Of a stretch of 64,000 nt of DNA, positions 40,072 through 50,933 are shown in pieces. The stretch covers positions 1,408,001 through 1,472,000 of the forward strand of contig OY729426.1 of NCBI GenBank assembly GCA_963422365.1. The letters are read 5' to 3'. Under the pieces are notes generated by a model that saw only the letters and a list, made by a program, of their open reading frames with translations, was not told the DNA's origin and searched no databases. This DNA comes from Nitrospirales bacterium (GTDB taxonomy: Bacteria > Nitrospirota > Nitrospiria > Nitrospirales > UBA8639). Made by a program: the position numbers and the translations under genes. The number at the start of each line of letters is the position of its first letter. Position 1 is the first letter of the stretch.

Positions 40072-41163
40072 ATGCGTCGAAACGGCCAAGACCCCACAAG
40101 TCCTCCATCTTGCTTGCAACCCCCAAGTCTCTTGGGAATCGAAACGTCTTGTGACGAAACGGCTGCTGCGGTGTTATCACTCCAAGGATGTCTGTTGTCG
40201 AGTCTTGTGGCTTCTCAACACCAGGTGCATAGCCGTTTCGGCGGAGTGGTGCCGGAGTTGGCCTCGAGAAAACACCTGGAACGGATTGAAGGGGTGACGC
40301 AAGCGGCTCTTGATCAGGCAGGTGTCCGTTGGTCCGATCTTCAGGCGATTGCGGTGACGCGAGGGCCTGGGCTTGCCGGTGCGCTGGTTGTCGGGGTGAG
40401 TTTTGGGAAAGCCCTTGCGTATGCCTTAGGCGTGCCTTACATTGGCGTGCATCATTTGGAAGGCCATATCGCCTCTGCGTGGCTGGAATATCCTGATTTT
40501 GTGACCCCATGTATCGTCCTCGTGGTTTCCGGGGGCCATACGCATTTGTATCTCGTCCCCCAACGTGGCGAATATGAACTCCTTGGAAAGACCCTTGATG
40601 ATGCTGCAGGCGAAGCGTTTGATAAAGGCGCCAAGATGCTGGGACTTTCCTACCCCGGTGGCCCCGCGCTTGATCGTCTGGCTCAAGCTGGGGATCCGTC
40701 GGTCGTCCGTTTCCCGCGTCCGTATTTGAATCGGGGAGGGTTCAATTTTAGTTTCAGTGGACTGAAAACCTCATTGTTGTATTATTTGAAAGATCAACAA
40801 TCACGCAAGGCGTCGCCTTCGCCGGCGCATATTGCCTCAGGGTATCAGGAAGCCATTGTGGACGTGTTGGTTGAAAAATCATTTCGTGCGGTGCGTCGTT
40901 CTCATGTTGCCGGCTTGGCGGTGGTCGGAGGGGTCTGCGCGAACTCTCGCTTGCGAGCGGTTTTGCACGCTCGCGCGGAAAAGGAAAGGATTCGTCTTGC
41001 ATTGCCGCGAATGCATTTTTGCACGGATAATGCCGCGATGGTGGCTGCTGCCGGGTGGTGGGCCCACCAACGACAGCAGTGGTCTTCGTGGGACCTGGAT
41101 GCCCAGCCCCGTCTGGCTATCGAGGCCATGCCGCCCAGGAATGTTTCAGGCGTGACGACGTAG
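40072..41163 (+). CDS. tsaD: tRNA N6-threonylcarbamoyltransferase TsaD
   Basis: LGIETSCDET, HHLEGH, SGGHT, DDAAGEAFDK, TDNAAM. Confidence 0.96.
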   Translation: MRRNGQDPTSPPSCLQPPSLLGIETSCDETAAAVLSLQGCLLSSLVASQHQVHSRFGGVVPELASRKHLERIEGVTQAALDQAGVRWSDLQAIAVTRGPGLAGALVVGVSFGKALAYALGVPYIGVHHLEGHIASAWLEYPDFVTPCIVLVVSGGHTHLYLVPQRGEYELLGKTLDDAAGEAFDKGAKMLGLSYPGGPALDRLAQAGDPSVVRFPRPYLNRGGFNFSFSGLKTSLLYYLKDQQSRKASPSPAHIASGYQEAIVDVLVEKSFRAVRRSHVAGLAVVGGVCANSRLRAVLHARAEKERIRLALPRMHFCTDNAAMVAAAGWWAHQRQQWSSWDLDAQPRLAIEAMPPRNVSGVTT

Positions 41164-41192
41164 TAGGTCGGCACAATCGAAAGGATCCCTCT

Positions 41193-42914
41193 ATTCCACG
41201 TGCCATCGGACATCTGATGGGGTTGAAGCCCAGCCAGGTTACGCGGCTTGAACGGTTGTATCGCCGGCGCGTGCCAGTCGAGAAGGTCATTTCTCCAGAG
41301 TTGGCTCGCTCCTGTACGGAATTGTCGTATGAAATTCGACGGCAAATCGGGCTGCTGATCAATCGACGGGGAATCATTGAATGTGTCATCATTGGAACGG
41401 ACCGTCAGTTGGTGATCCCTGAACTGGCGCGGAGTCGGTCGGGGCCACGGTTATTGCGAGGCGTTCGGTTTGTGCATACCCATCTCAAGAATCAACCGTT
41501 CACCAAAGATGATCTCACCGACCTTGCGCTGCTTCGCTTAGATTTAATGGCGGTGCTTGGCGTGGGCAATGGGGGAGAACCGGTTTCCATCTCGTTAGCC
41601 CACCTGCTGCCGCCCAACCCGCAAGGGAAGGCCTATGAGACCTGGGCACCTCAAAGCTTACAGACGTTTCAGTTTCGATGCGATCACTTTGTGCAATCGC
41701 TGGAGGCTGAAATTTCTAAGGCGACTCCGGCGCTTCGCCGAACGGATGGCAAAGCCAGTGCGTTGCTGGTCAGTGTCACGGCGGGGAGTTGGGCCGATCA
41801 AGAGGAACGACTGCGGGAATGTCAGGAATTAGCGATGTCGCAGGGTATTCAGGTGCTCGGCACCGTGGTGCAACGATTACCTCGTATCAATCCCAAGTAC
41901 GTGTTGGGGGTGGGGAAGATTACCGAGGTGATCATCCACGCGCTTCAAAGCGGGGCTGATTTGTTGATTTTTGATCGAGATCTCACCCCGACCCACATTC
42001 GGTCGTTATCCGAGATGATCGAGTTGAAGGTCATTGATCGGACGCAGTTGATTCTGGATATTTTTGCAAGCCGAGCGCATTCGCGCGCAGGGAACATTCA
42101 AGTGGAACTCGCACAACTCACATATCTGTTGCCGCGGCTGTCTCAATCCAGCAAGGCGTTCTCCCGTTTAGGCGGAGGCATTGGGGCACGCGGGCCCGGT
42201 GAAACCAAACTTGAAACCGACTTGCGACGAGTCCGGGATCGGATTCATCATCTCGAGCGCGAACTGAAGGCTGTGCGTCGTCAACGAGAGCAACACCGGC
42301 CCACGCGTCTTCGCCACGGGATTCCAGTCGTGTCGATCGTGGGTTATACGAACGCGGGGAAATCCACTTTACTGAACACCTTAACCAAGAGCCAGGTGTC
42401 GGCTAAAAATCAGCCGTTTGAAACCTTGGATACCGTCCATCGACGGCTCAGGCTTCCTTCAGGCCTGAACGTGATTCTGACCGACACCGTCGGCTTCATT
42501 CGAGACCTTCCTCAGAATCTCCTGGAGGCCTTTCGCACGACACTCGACGAGCTACATCAGGCTGACTTGCTGGTGCATGTTGTGGATGCCACCGCTTCGG
42601 ATCGTGATCAGCAAATACACATTGTCGAAGGACTCTTGCAAGAACTTGAGTTGCAACACGTGGCTCGGGTAATGGTCATGAATAAATGCGATCGATTGCG
42701 ACTGGAAGACGTGGACGTTCTCAAACGGCGCTTTCAGACCCTTTGTGTCTCGGCTATCCGGAAAGAGACCTTGGTGCCGCTGCAAGACGTGCTGGCCGAT
42801 GCCCTGGGATCGAGCGTGCGATCCGGACAGGTGGCAGAGGCAGCCTGGAGGGTGGACCCGTCATCGGACTTGGTTGCTCCGGCTTCCGGAAGCAGAACGT
42901 CGGACTATGAGTAA
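41193..42914 (+). CDS. hflX: GTPase HflX (long form), probable ATT start
   Basis: GYTNAGKS, DTVGF, NKCD, GPGETKLE; AAAGGA lies 7 nt before an in-frame ATT at 41193. Confidence 0.93.
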   Translation: MPRAIGHLMGLKPSQVTRLERLYRRRVPVEKVISPELARSCTELSYEIRRQIGLLINRRGIIECVIIGTDRQLVIPELARSRSGPRLLRGVRFVHTHLKNQPFTKDDLTDLALLRLDLMAVLGVGNGGEPVSISLAHLLPPNPQGKAYETWAPQSLQTFQFRCDHFVQSLEAEISKATPALRRTDGKASALLVSVTAGSWADQEERLRECQELAMSQGIQVLGTVVQRLPRINPKYVLGVGKITEVIIHALQSGADLLIFDRDLTPTHIRSLSEMIELKVIDRTQLILDIFASRAHSRAGNIQVELAQLTYLLPRLSQSSKAFSRLGGGIGARGPGETKLETDLRRVRDRIHHLERELKAVRRQREQHRPTRLRHGIPVVSIVGYTNAGKSTLLNTLTKSQVSAKNQPFETLDTVHRRLRLPSGLNVILTDTVGFIRDLPQNLLEAFRTTLDELHQADLLVHVVDATASDRDQQIHIVEGLLQELELQHVARVMVMNKCDRLRLEDVDVLKRRFQTLCVSAIRKETLVPLQDVLADALGSSVRSGQVAEAAWRVDPSSDLVAPASGSRTSDYE

Positions 42915-43593
42915 GGTTCGATGTCTTACGAGATGTGGAACATCACCTCCATCCGTGCAAATCCGTGCCGGTCGGATTCTGGAACGCCTTCGAACGCATA
43001 GCCCCAATGCGTTGGTGGAACTCAGCTACACCAACCCATTTGAATTGCTGGTGGCGACGATCTTGTCGGCTCAATGTACGGATGAAAGGGTGAATCGTGT
43101 GACGCCGTCGCTGTTTGCGACCTATCCCGGAGCCGAGGCCTTAGCGCGTGCGTCTCAACATCGACTCGAAGCCCTGATCAAATCAACGGGGTTTTATCGA
43201 AGTAAGGCGCGACATTTAGTCACGTGCAGTCAGACCTTGGTAGCGCGGTTTGGCGGGATCGTGCCGAGGACCATGGAGGAATTAACGTCGTTACCCGGGA
43301 TTGGAAGAAAGACCGCCAATGTGATGTTAGGGGCTTGTTTCGGCGTGCCGGCGATTGTGGTGGATACTCATGTGAAACGTGTAGCCAATCGATTGCACCT
43401 CACACAGAACAACGACCCGACCAAAATCGAATTTGACTTGCAGGCGGTCTGGCCTTCACGAGACTGGATCGAAGGCTCGCAGCGGATTTTGCTCCATGGC
43501 CGCTATGTGTGTGTGGCGCGGAAACCCCACTGTGCCGCCTGTGTGCTGTATCAAGACTGTCATTGGGAAGGAAAGCTAGTGCACCCATGTTGA
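42907..43593 (+). CDS. nth: Endonuclease III
   Basis: LSAQCTD, LPGIGRKTAN, VDTHV, C-terminal Fe-S cysteines. Confidence 0.95.
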   Translation: MSKVRCLTRCGTSPPSVQIRAGRILERLRTHSPNALVELSYTNPFELLVATILSAQCTDERVNRVTPSLFATYPGAEALARASQHRLEALIKSTGFYRSKARHLVTCSQTLVARFGGIVPRTMEELTSLPGIGRKTANVMLGACFGVPAIVVDTHVKRVANRLHLTQNNDPTKIEFDLQAVWPSRDWIEGSQRILLHGRYVCVARKPHCAACVLYQDCHWEGKLVHPC

Positions 43594-44465
43594 AAAGCAT
43601 GACGGGTTTTGGAAAACGGGAAGGTGCGTATCAGGAGCTCGCCATTGTCGCGGAAGTGCGATCGGTGAACCATCGCTTTCGGGAAATTGTCCTCCGGTTG
43701 CCTCAAGGGAGGCTTGAATGGGAAGAGGAACTGAAAGCGCTTGCGGCCCAAAAATGTCGTCGAGGGAGAATTGAGATTATCGTCACGTATAGAAGAGGCA
43801 ATGAACGTGGCACACATGTCACGCTTGATCGTCCTCTGGTGCGTCAGTATTATCAGGCACTCAAAAATTTACAGAGGGACTTCCGATTGGACGGGCACAT
43901 TGAGATCGGGCTCTTCGCCTCATTCCGAGAAATTTTCCTGGTGGCCGAGACCCCGCTTGATGAGAAAAAAGTGAGTCGGGTGATGAAGCGGCTCGTGTCG
44001 GGTGCGCTGGCGGATCTTGACCTCATGCGGTCGAAAGAGGGGAAAACCCTCCAGGTCGATATCGCGAAACGGCTGAAGTCTGTTCGAGAGATGTCTCGGT
44101 CGATACAGCACCGTCTGCCCCTCGTGGTCAAAGGCTTTCAGGAACGCCTGCGGGCGCGCGCGCAAGCGTTGGTCGGCTCGACAAGCGATCAAGCGCCACG
44201 GCTCAACCAGGAATTCGCGCTCTTTGCCGATCGGTGTGACGTGACGGAAGAACTCATCCGGCTCCAGAGCCATAGCACGCAATTTGAAGAGATGCTGAAA
44301 AACCGTGAGCCAGTCGGACGGCAGTTGGATTTTTTGTTGCAAGAAATGTGTCGAGAAGTGAATACGATAGGGTCCAAGGCTAATGATGCGGGTATCTCGA
44401 AGCACGTCATTCAACTCAAGAGTGAACTGGAAAAAATTCGCGAGCAGGTGCAAAATGTGGAATAG
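43587..44465 (+). CDS. yicC: YicC/YloC family endoribonuclease
   Basis: SMTGFG, SVNHR, GRQLDFLLQE, NTIGSK, REQVQNVE. Confidence 0.95.
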   Translation: MLKSMTGFGKREGAYQELAIVAEVRSVNHRFREIVLRLPQGRLEWEEELKALAAQKCRRGRIEIIVTYRRGNERGTHVTLDRPLVRQYYQALKNLQRDFRLDGHIEIGLFASFREIFLVAETPLDEKKVSRVMKRLVSGALADLDLMRSKEGKTLQVDIAKRLKSVREMSRSIQHRLPLVVKGFQERLRARAQALVGSTSDQAPRLNQEFALFADRCDVTEELIRLQSHSTQFEEMLKNREPVGRQLDFLLQEMCREVNTIGSKANDAGISKHVIQLKSELEKIREQVQNVE

Positions 44466-44476
44466 GGCCTCTTGCG

Positions 44477-45148
44477 ATGGTGCGGTCAGGTGAGCAAGCA
44501 GGTCTGATGCTGGATAAAGGCGTATTGGTTGTCGTGTCGGGGCCCTCTGGTGTGGGGAAAAGCACGTTGTGCAAAAATATCGTGACCCAAGTGCCGAATA
44601 CCATGTTGTCGGTGTCCTATACAACGAGGAGCCCGAGGCTTGGCGAGCAAGACGGGGTCGAGTATTGTTTTGTTGAGGGTGCAAAATTTCAAGACCTGAT
44701 TCAGGAGGATGCGTTTGTCGAATGGGCCGAAGTGTATGGTCATCAATACGGGACCCCGAAACAGCCGTTGTTGGAGTTCCTGCATCAAGGGTTCGACGTG
44801 TTGTTGGATATCGATGCTCAGGGGGCAAAGCAAATTATGGAACGTTTTGCCGGGGCCGTGTATGTGTTTGTGGCCCCCCCGTCGCTTGAAGTCCTTCGAA
44901 AACGGCTCTATCGACGGGCCTCGGATGCGCCGGAAGAAATCCAGCGTCGTCTCCATAAAGTAAGTGATGAAATTGTCAATTTCAAAGCCTATCATTACTT
45001 CATTCGGAATGAAGATCTTCTGCAGGCGACGAAGGAATTAGAGTCCATCATTGTAGCTGAACGGGTCAAGACCAACCGGTTGGACCCTGAATGGCTTGTG
45101 GACAATGGGTTAGTCGAACACGTGACGATGAAGGAGATTGCCACGTAA
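44477..45148 (+). CDS. gmk: Guanylate kinase
   Basis: GPSGVGKST, SYTTRSPR, YGTP. Confidence 0.96.
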   Translation: MVRSGEQAGLMLDKGVLVVVSGPSGVGKSTLCKNIVTQVPNTMLSVSYTTRSPRLGEQDGVEYCFVEGAKFQDLIQEDAFVEWAEVYGHQYGTPKQPLLEFLHQGFDVLLDIDAQGAKQIMERFAGAVYVFVAPPSLEVLRKRLYRRASDAPEEIQRRLHKVSDEIVNFKAYHYFIRNEDLLQATKELESIIVAERVKTNRLDPEWLVDNGLVEHVTMKEIAT

Positions 45149-45180
45149 CCGTTTGTGTATTCATGAAAGGAGTTTCGATC

Positions 45181-45558
45181 ATGATTGATACGCTTCCACT
45201 TCTTCCGGACGATAGAACCAGTAAGTTCGATTCTCGCTATCGAGTCGTGTTGGTTGCCGCCCAACGGGCGAAACAGCTCATGCGGGGGACCCAGCAATCC
45301 CAAACGAGTAAGTTTACAAAAGAAACCTCCATTGCTCTTGAAGAAGTCTTGAGAGACAATGTGGAGTATTTGATGGGAGAAGAAGCGCGTCAGGCTCTTC
45401 GTGAAGCTAAGAAAGGCCTGGAACGCGAATTTGAACCAGCCTTGTTGGCAGAGGCTGATGAAGATGCCAAGGAAATCAAGCGGCAACTCAGCGTCTACGT
45501 TGATGATTCGCCGAAGGAACCTGCCGTGGAGGCCGATGTCAGACTTGAGAGCAGCTAA
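45181..45558 (+). CDS. rpoZ: RNA polymerase omega subunit
   Basis: DSRYRVVLVAAQRAKQL, IALEE; gmk-rpoZ-coaBC synteny. Confidence 0.92.
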   Translation: MIDTLPLLPDDRTSKFDSRYRVVLVAAQRAKQLMRGTQQSQTSKFTKETSIALEEVLRDNVEYLMGEEARQALREAKKGLEREFEPALLAEADEDAKEIKRQLSVYVDDSPKEPAVEADVRLESS

Positions 45559-45607
45559 CCGTTTGTTAAGGGACGACGGAAGGACGGCCGAACGCGAAGA
45601 AACCAGG

Positions 45608-46864
45608 ATGAGCAAACACGCGTTACAAGGCAAGCGAATCGTCCTTTGCGTCACGGGCAGCATTGCAGCCTATAAAGCTGCGTCGCTCCTGCGGACGCTT
45701 GTTCAGCAAGGAGCGCAGGTGTCAGTGGTGATGACGGCATCCGCCACGCAGTTCGTGGCACCGTTGACCTTTGAAACGTTGTCCTGCCAGCCGGTACTTC
45801 AAGACCTGTTTGCCAATGTGGAACCCATGCCGCATCTGAGGATTACCGAAGAGGCAGACTTGGTGCTAGTGGCACCGGCGACGGCGAATTGTCTGGCCAA
45901 AAGTGCCCTGGGGTTGGCCGATGATCTGTTAGGCACGCTCGTCTTGGCGGCACGATGTCCCATCGTGATGGCCCCGGCCATGGATGGAGAAATGTGGGAT
46001 CATCCTGCGGTGGTCGCGCATACGCGGATGTTGCGGGATCGTGGGATCGTGGTGTTGGAACCGGAGGAAGGTCCGCTGGCGTCCGGGCTGGTCGGAAAAG
46101 GACGGTTCCCCGCCGAACTTGCGATTATCGAGGCGGTGCTTTCCCGTCTTGCTCTTCGGCAGGACTGGTCAGGACAGCAGGTACTCGTCTCGGCTGGCCC
46201 CACGCGGGAACCCATTGATGCGGTTCGCTTTATGACCAATGCCTCTTCAGGGAAAATGGGGTATGCGATGGCGGAAGCCGCGGTCCAACGGGGGGCAGCC
46301 GTCATTCTCGTCAGCGGACCGACGGCCTTGACTCCGCCTGCAGGCGTGGAGTGCGTGCCGGTGGTGACGGCTGAAGCCATGCACAAGGCCCTGGAAGATC
46401 GATTTTCCTGGGCTACGGTGTTGATCATGACGGCGGCGGTCGGAGACTTTCGTCCGCGGCACCCCTCGTCTGCAAAAGCCAAAAAACACGAGTGGTCCGG
46501 CGAGCCTTTAGAACTTGAGCGGACCCCTGATATTCTTCAATTATTATCACGGAAACGGACACATCACGTATTAGTCGGGTTTGCGGCAGAGTCCGATGAC
46601 CTGCTTGCCAATGGCCGCAAAAAACTGCATCAAAAAGACCTTGATTTACTTGTGATTAATAGGATTACAAGTGCCCAATCGGCATTCGGCAACGAGACCA
46701 ATCAGGTGATCCTCCTCCCTCGTCAAAGCACACCCATTCAGGTCGAACGATTGCCGAAGCGTCTCCTTGCCGATCGTATTTTAGATACGGTTCAGGAGCA
46801 TTGCATCATTTCCCCACCTTCTGTTTCTGAACAACGGCGTGCAGGAATCCGCCGGATTGAGTAA
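45608..46864 (+). CDS. coaBC: Phosphopantothenoylcysteine decarboxylase/synthetase
   Basis: [37 protein letters not shown]. Confidence 0.96.
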   Translation: MSKHALQGKRIVLCVTGSIAAYKAASLLRTLVQQGAQVSVVMTASATQFVAPLTFETLSCQPVLQDLFANVEPMPHLRITEEADLVLVAPATANCLAKSALGLADDLLGTLVLAARCPIVMAPAMDGEMWDHPAVVAHTRMLRDRGIVVLEPEEGPLASGLVGKGRFPAELAIIEAVLSRLALRQDWSGQQVLVSAGPTREPIDAVRFMTNASSGKMGYAMAEAAVQRGAAVILVSGPTALTPPAGVECVPVVTAEAMHKALEDRFSWATVLIMTAAVGDFRPRHPSSAKAKKHEWSGEPLELERTPDILQLLSRKRTHHVLVGFAAESDDLLANGRKKLHQKDLDLLVINRITSAQSAFGNETNQVILLPRQSTPIQVERLPKRLLADRILDTVQEHCIISPPSVSEQRRAGIRRIE

Positions 46865-46929
46865 TTCCAACGCATGTGTTTTTCCTGAGTTCTGTTTGGC
46901 TCAAGCACATGGTCTGGAGAACCGCGTGC

Positions 46930-47240
46930 ATGGCGACTTCGATTCGACTTACTCCAGAAACTGAACAACAATTTGATTGTCTGGTGTCGCAGATCGGGCG
47001 CAGGAAGGCGTTCGACCTGCGTGAAATGGTCGGCCATGACCTCGCTTCTTCAGATCGACAAGCCGATGGCTCAGTGCATTGTCGAATACATGACCGAGCG
47101 GGTTATGGGGCTGGATGATCCTCCGGACCCTGGGCACGGCGCTGACCGGTCACCTGGGTGGGTTGTGGCGTAATCGGGTTGGGTATTGTCACCTAATCTG
47201 CGACATTTGAGGACGGTGCTTTGCGTGTCCTGGTGTAGAT
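46930..47240 (+). pseudogene. RelB/RelE-type toxin-antitoxin remnant
   Basis: MATSIRLTPETEQQFDCL..IGRRKAF (RHH antitoxin-like), then YMTERV.GLDDP...LTGHLGGLWRNRVG..LICDI (RelE-like) with stops. Confidence 0.6.
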
Positions 47241-47899
47241 GCCCAAGCAAGTGTGAACCAGTCGTCTTTTAGATGAGATTCAAACCTTTCTGACTTCACT
47301 CCTCTCAGACGGGGAAGCCGCCTAGTCCTCCGAAGCTTATGATGAACTCGAAGGAGACCTCATCACAAAAGCTTGCGGAATTCTTCAGTGGTTAATCTGG
47401 AGTCCCTAACAATCCCCCCCCCCATAGTAAGGCATGTAAAGGGTTGTTTCTTGGGATAGTCAGAATACGCACCCCATCCGTCATGATGACGTGCTTGCCC
47501 TGGCATGCAATGTGAACCACGTTTTCTCTAAAGCTTGCCTTGCATCCAAATGGTTGACGCCTGGAATTTTTGGCATCCTATACCGTCAACTCGATTTCTC
47601 GTAGAGAAACAACAAATATAATGATAACGGGACACTGTCTGCTTCGCCAGCCAACAGCAGGTACAGCTTGTGAAGGCCCGAGGGTCTGCGGGCAGCGGCG
47701 ATGGGGTTGCCTTCCACACTGGAGGGGTGCCTATGCTGTTCCCGACGATGGGCGATTCCTGATTTTTTCGAGGCTCATCTTCCATATACCTAGTCGCCGC
47801 CCTGTAAATCCGTAGCCGGCTCTCTCGCCTTTGGCAGATCCACGGTTTTATCAACTTTTTCGGCCAGCGAAATGATGCGATCGTCGCTCAGGTATGCAA

Positions 47900-48320
47900 C
47901 TAAGTAAGCCACGATGCTGACCAAGCTTGCGACGCTCCGCCCCCTGTCCCAGTATGATCAGCCGCAAGTTCCTGCAGAAGAACCGCTTTGCCAGCAGCGT
48001 CGTCACATTGGCGGGGTTCATGCTCGAAAGAAGGGCGTGGGGCTGCTCGAACCAGAAGTACTTGACCAGCCAGGGCAGGCAGATAATGTTCTTCCAGGAA
48101 GCAAAGTGACTACTGTCTTTACCGGCGCCAAGGTTGATCAGTCGAACGTCCTGCAGGATGGCATTCCAGTACGGGCCGCCCCGTGCGTGACCAGCAGATC
48201 AACGGCATGCCCGCGGTCAGCCAGTCCGCAATCTCTATCATGAGTCGCTCCGCGTCGCGGCCGCGCAGGGTCGGTAGAAAGAGTGCTATGTGTAACGGAG
48301 GAATCAGATGCTTACCATCA
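47900..48320 (-). pseudogene. Family 4 glycosyltransferase remnant
   Basis: IALFLPTLRGRDAER / GLADRGHAVDLLV / GPYWNAILQDVRLINLG...PHALLS..NPANV, then LRLIILGQGAERRKL; frameshifts and an apparent internal deletion. Confidence 0.6.
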
Positions 48321-49097
48321 CTTAGTTTACCCAAACGTTGGAGGATTGGTGTGCAGGTTTGTAGGGTATGCCGGCTGGGGTGGATTTCCAAAATCAGGCT
48401 GAGTTTGATAGCGATTCAGGAAACACTTGACGGCCATTCCGTTGGCATTCAATCACCCGCTGCCGGGTTTCCGGCGTGGGTCGGCCGGCTGTCGGCTCCA
48501 ACGGCATTCAAATCCGTGGACATGCCGGTCCTCTCCCTGCTCTGTCTCCGAAACGAGGCGGCGAGGGCTTGATGAAGAGAACCGGCATGATGACTATACG
48601 GGCACCGTCACATTGCGAATTTGTTCATAATTATAGTATATTTTTGCGAAAAGCGCCGCCCATTTTTCAGGTTCTGGTGGGATCAAATGGATGTTGATGG
48701 AAGCAGGCCTTAGGAAACTGGCGGGAAGGTTTGTCGCATCGGAGAAGCTGGAGACCTGCAAAGCCGACGGCGCGCGACCCACGAACAGATGGTGAAGTCG
48801 GTGCTTATGCACAGACCGTCCAGACAGTCTGCGAAGGGGTGAAGTTGCTTTAGGGTTTCGCCTTTGGTCTATAATCCCATTTTTCCGGGTAGAACAGAAC
48901 GCGTGGTTGGGAGATACGATTATCACATTGTTGCAGAAACACAAATGCCAGGGACCAACTATGCCCGACACAGATCTGGATTCTCTGACTGTATGCCACC
49001 ATATGAGTATGGCCCCCCCCTGATAAATTCAGGGATGAGGTCTCAGTTGCGCAAAAAGGGAGCAGTGTGTCCGGATGCAGAGAAAGGGGGTGTTTCC

Positions 49098-50054
49098 TTG
49101 ACTCGTTTTCCTTCGGTATCGGTGCTCATCCCAGCCCGCAATGCGGAGGCGAGCATTGCAGAGGCGCTCGACTCGGTGCTGACCCAGGAGTACGCGGGGG
49201 CGGTGGAGGTGATCGTGGCCGATGGTGCCGACACCCCGGGTATGGCCGAGCTTATCCGGCGGTCCCACCCGACGGTGCGGGTGGTCCCCAATCCGGAACA
49301 GGTCACCGGGGCTGGAATTAATGCGGCGCTTCGGGCCTCGAGCAGCGAGATCATCATGCGCTGCGACGCCCATACCACGTTCCCGCCCGGCTATGTCCGC
49401 CGTGCGGTCGAGACGCTTCAGAGGACGGGGGCGGCCAATGTCAGCGGCCGGCAACAGCCGGTCGGCACCACCTTCTTCGAGCGGGCTGTGGCGCTGGCGA
49501 TGACCACGCCACTTGGAGCCGGGGACGCCCGCTATCGGTTGGGCGGCGTTGAGGGACCGGTCGACACCGTCTACCTGGGCGCGTTCCGGCGCGAGGTGCT
49601 GGAGGAGGTGGGGGGATACGACGCTACTCTGGTCCGCAATCAGGACTATGAACTCAACTGGCGGCTGCGGGAACGCGGGGGAACGGTGTGGTTTGATCCC
49701 GAGCTCGTGGTCACTTACCGGCCGCGCGGCCGGTTGCGGTTGCTCGCCCGGCAATATTTCGACTATGGCCGATGGAAGCGGGTGGTGCTGCGACGACATC
49801 CGCGATCGCTGCGGCCTCGACATGTGTCCGCCCCGCTGCTGGTCCTGGGCTTGACCGCCTCGGCATTCCTAGCCGTGGCTGGAAACACGGGGGGAGTTGC
49901 GGTGTCGCTCGCCTACATGCTGGCTCTCGTGACCGGGGCGGCGGCTGTGGGTATTCGGCGCCGGGATGCGGCGGCTGTCCTCCTGCCCCTGGTGCTGCCG
50001 ACCATGCACCTGAGCTGGGGCCTCGGCTTCTTCCTGCCGGCCCGGCGGGGTTAG
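49098..50054 (+). CDS. Family 2 glycosyltransferase (ExoA-like)
   Basis: VSVLIPARN, RCDAH, NQDYELNWRLR, RQYFDYGRWK; C-terminal TMs; visibly GC-rich. Confidence 0.9.
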   Translation: MTRFPSVSVLIPARNAEASIAEALDSVLTQEYAGAVEVIVADGADTPGMAELIRRSHPTVRVVPNPEQVTGAGINAALRASSSEIIMRCDAHTTFPPGYVRRAVETLQRTGAANVSGRQQPVGTTFFERAVALAMTTPLGAGDARYRLGGVEGPVDTVYLGAFRREVLEEVGGYDATLVRNQDYELNWRLRERGGTVWFDPELVVTYRPRGRLRLLARQYFDYGRWKRVVLRRHPRSLRPRHVSAPLLVLGLTASAFLAVAGNTGGVAVSLAYMLALVTGAAAVGIRRRDAAAVLLPLVLPTMHLSWGLGFFLPARRG

Positions 50055-50282
50055 GGCAGCCTGGGGCAGCATGCTCCAATCGAAGCCAGGAACAAGAGAG
50101 TCGCTGTGAGGACCCCGGACACGACTGGCGGACAGGATGTCGCTATCCTGTTCGCGACCCTGCTTGGCCTGCTCTTCACTCCCTGAGCCTAGCAGGGCGC
50201 GCAGTATTTCGTCTCGGCGCGATAAACAAGCGTTTCGCAGGACGTGTCCTCAGCCATAACCGTCGGTCTCGTCTGCTGAGGT

Positions 50283-50580
50283 TTGACCATCGCACTGGCA
50301 GTCCTGCTGATCCACAGCGATATCGCATTCTTTCAAAAGGCGGAGACGCGCGCCTTCCATCTGGTGCTCACCCTGATCCCGCTCATGGTTCTCTCGGCCG
50401 CGCTCAGGCGCTTTGGTCGCCTCGAGACCTTCTCTCTGCTCCGAGTCGCGGTGAATGTGTTTGCGCTCCTATTTCTCGTCCGGGACCGGGGGCTCGGAGT
50501 TGACGGTGCCATCCTGGTGTTCGCCGCCGGTCACCTTGTTATGATCGCCGTTTGCCTCTAGTACCTGCGGCATCACGTCT
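50283..50580 (+). pseudogene. Membrane protein remnant, possibly polysaccharide flippase-like
   Basis: Hydrophobic fragment ending GLGVDGAILVFAAGHLV, interrupted by a stop; follows the GT2 gene. Confidence 0.3.
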
Positions 50581-50820
50581 TTTCACGCGACGATCAATGG
50601 TTCCGTGACGTGGGAGTCGCCACCACGGAAGGAGTGACGCTCAACCCCGGCGAATGGAGTGAATCTCACACGCAGGTCAGTACCATCCCGAAAGGCCAAC
50701 ACACGACACGAGGCCTTGCCGGGCTTTGTCATCTTGGACTGGTTTCAAAAGAATAATGAAGTCGAAATGCGGTTGCGAGAGGCTGTCGTTCCACTCTTAG
50801 GCGCACGGTTTTTGACATGA

Positions 50821-50908
50821 TGGCGGAGAGGGTGGGATTCGAACCCACGGACCGTTGCCGGTCAACGGTTTTCGAGACCGCCCGATTCGGCCACTCTCGC
50901 ACCTCTCC
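50821..50908 (-). tRNA. tRNA-Ser (CGA)
   Basis: GGAGAGG acceptor stem, anticodon loop CT-CGA-AA, long variable arm, GTTCGAATC, encoded CCA. Confidence 0.97.
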
Positions 50909-50933
50909 GCATACACATTCCAGGTGAGATCTC

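Noticed and set aside
47414..47423. Intergenic poly-C tract
   Set aside because: It lies in decayed non-coding DNA with no identifiable gene or promoter to regulate.
46870..47500. att-site duplicate of the tRNA-Ser 3' end
   Set aside because: No copy of tggcggagagggtgggattcgaa was found by eye.
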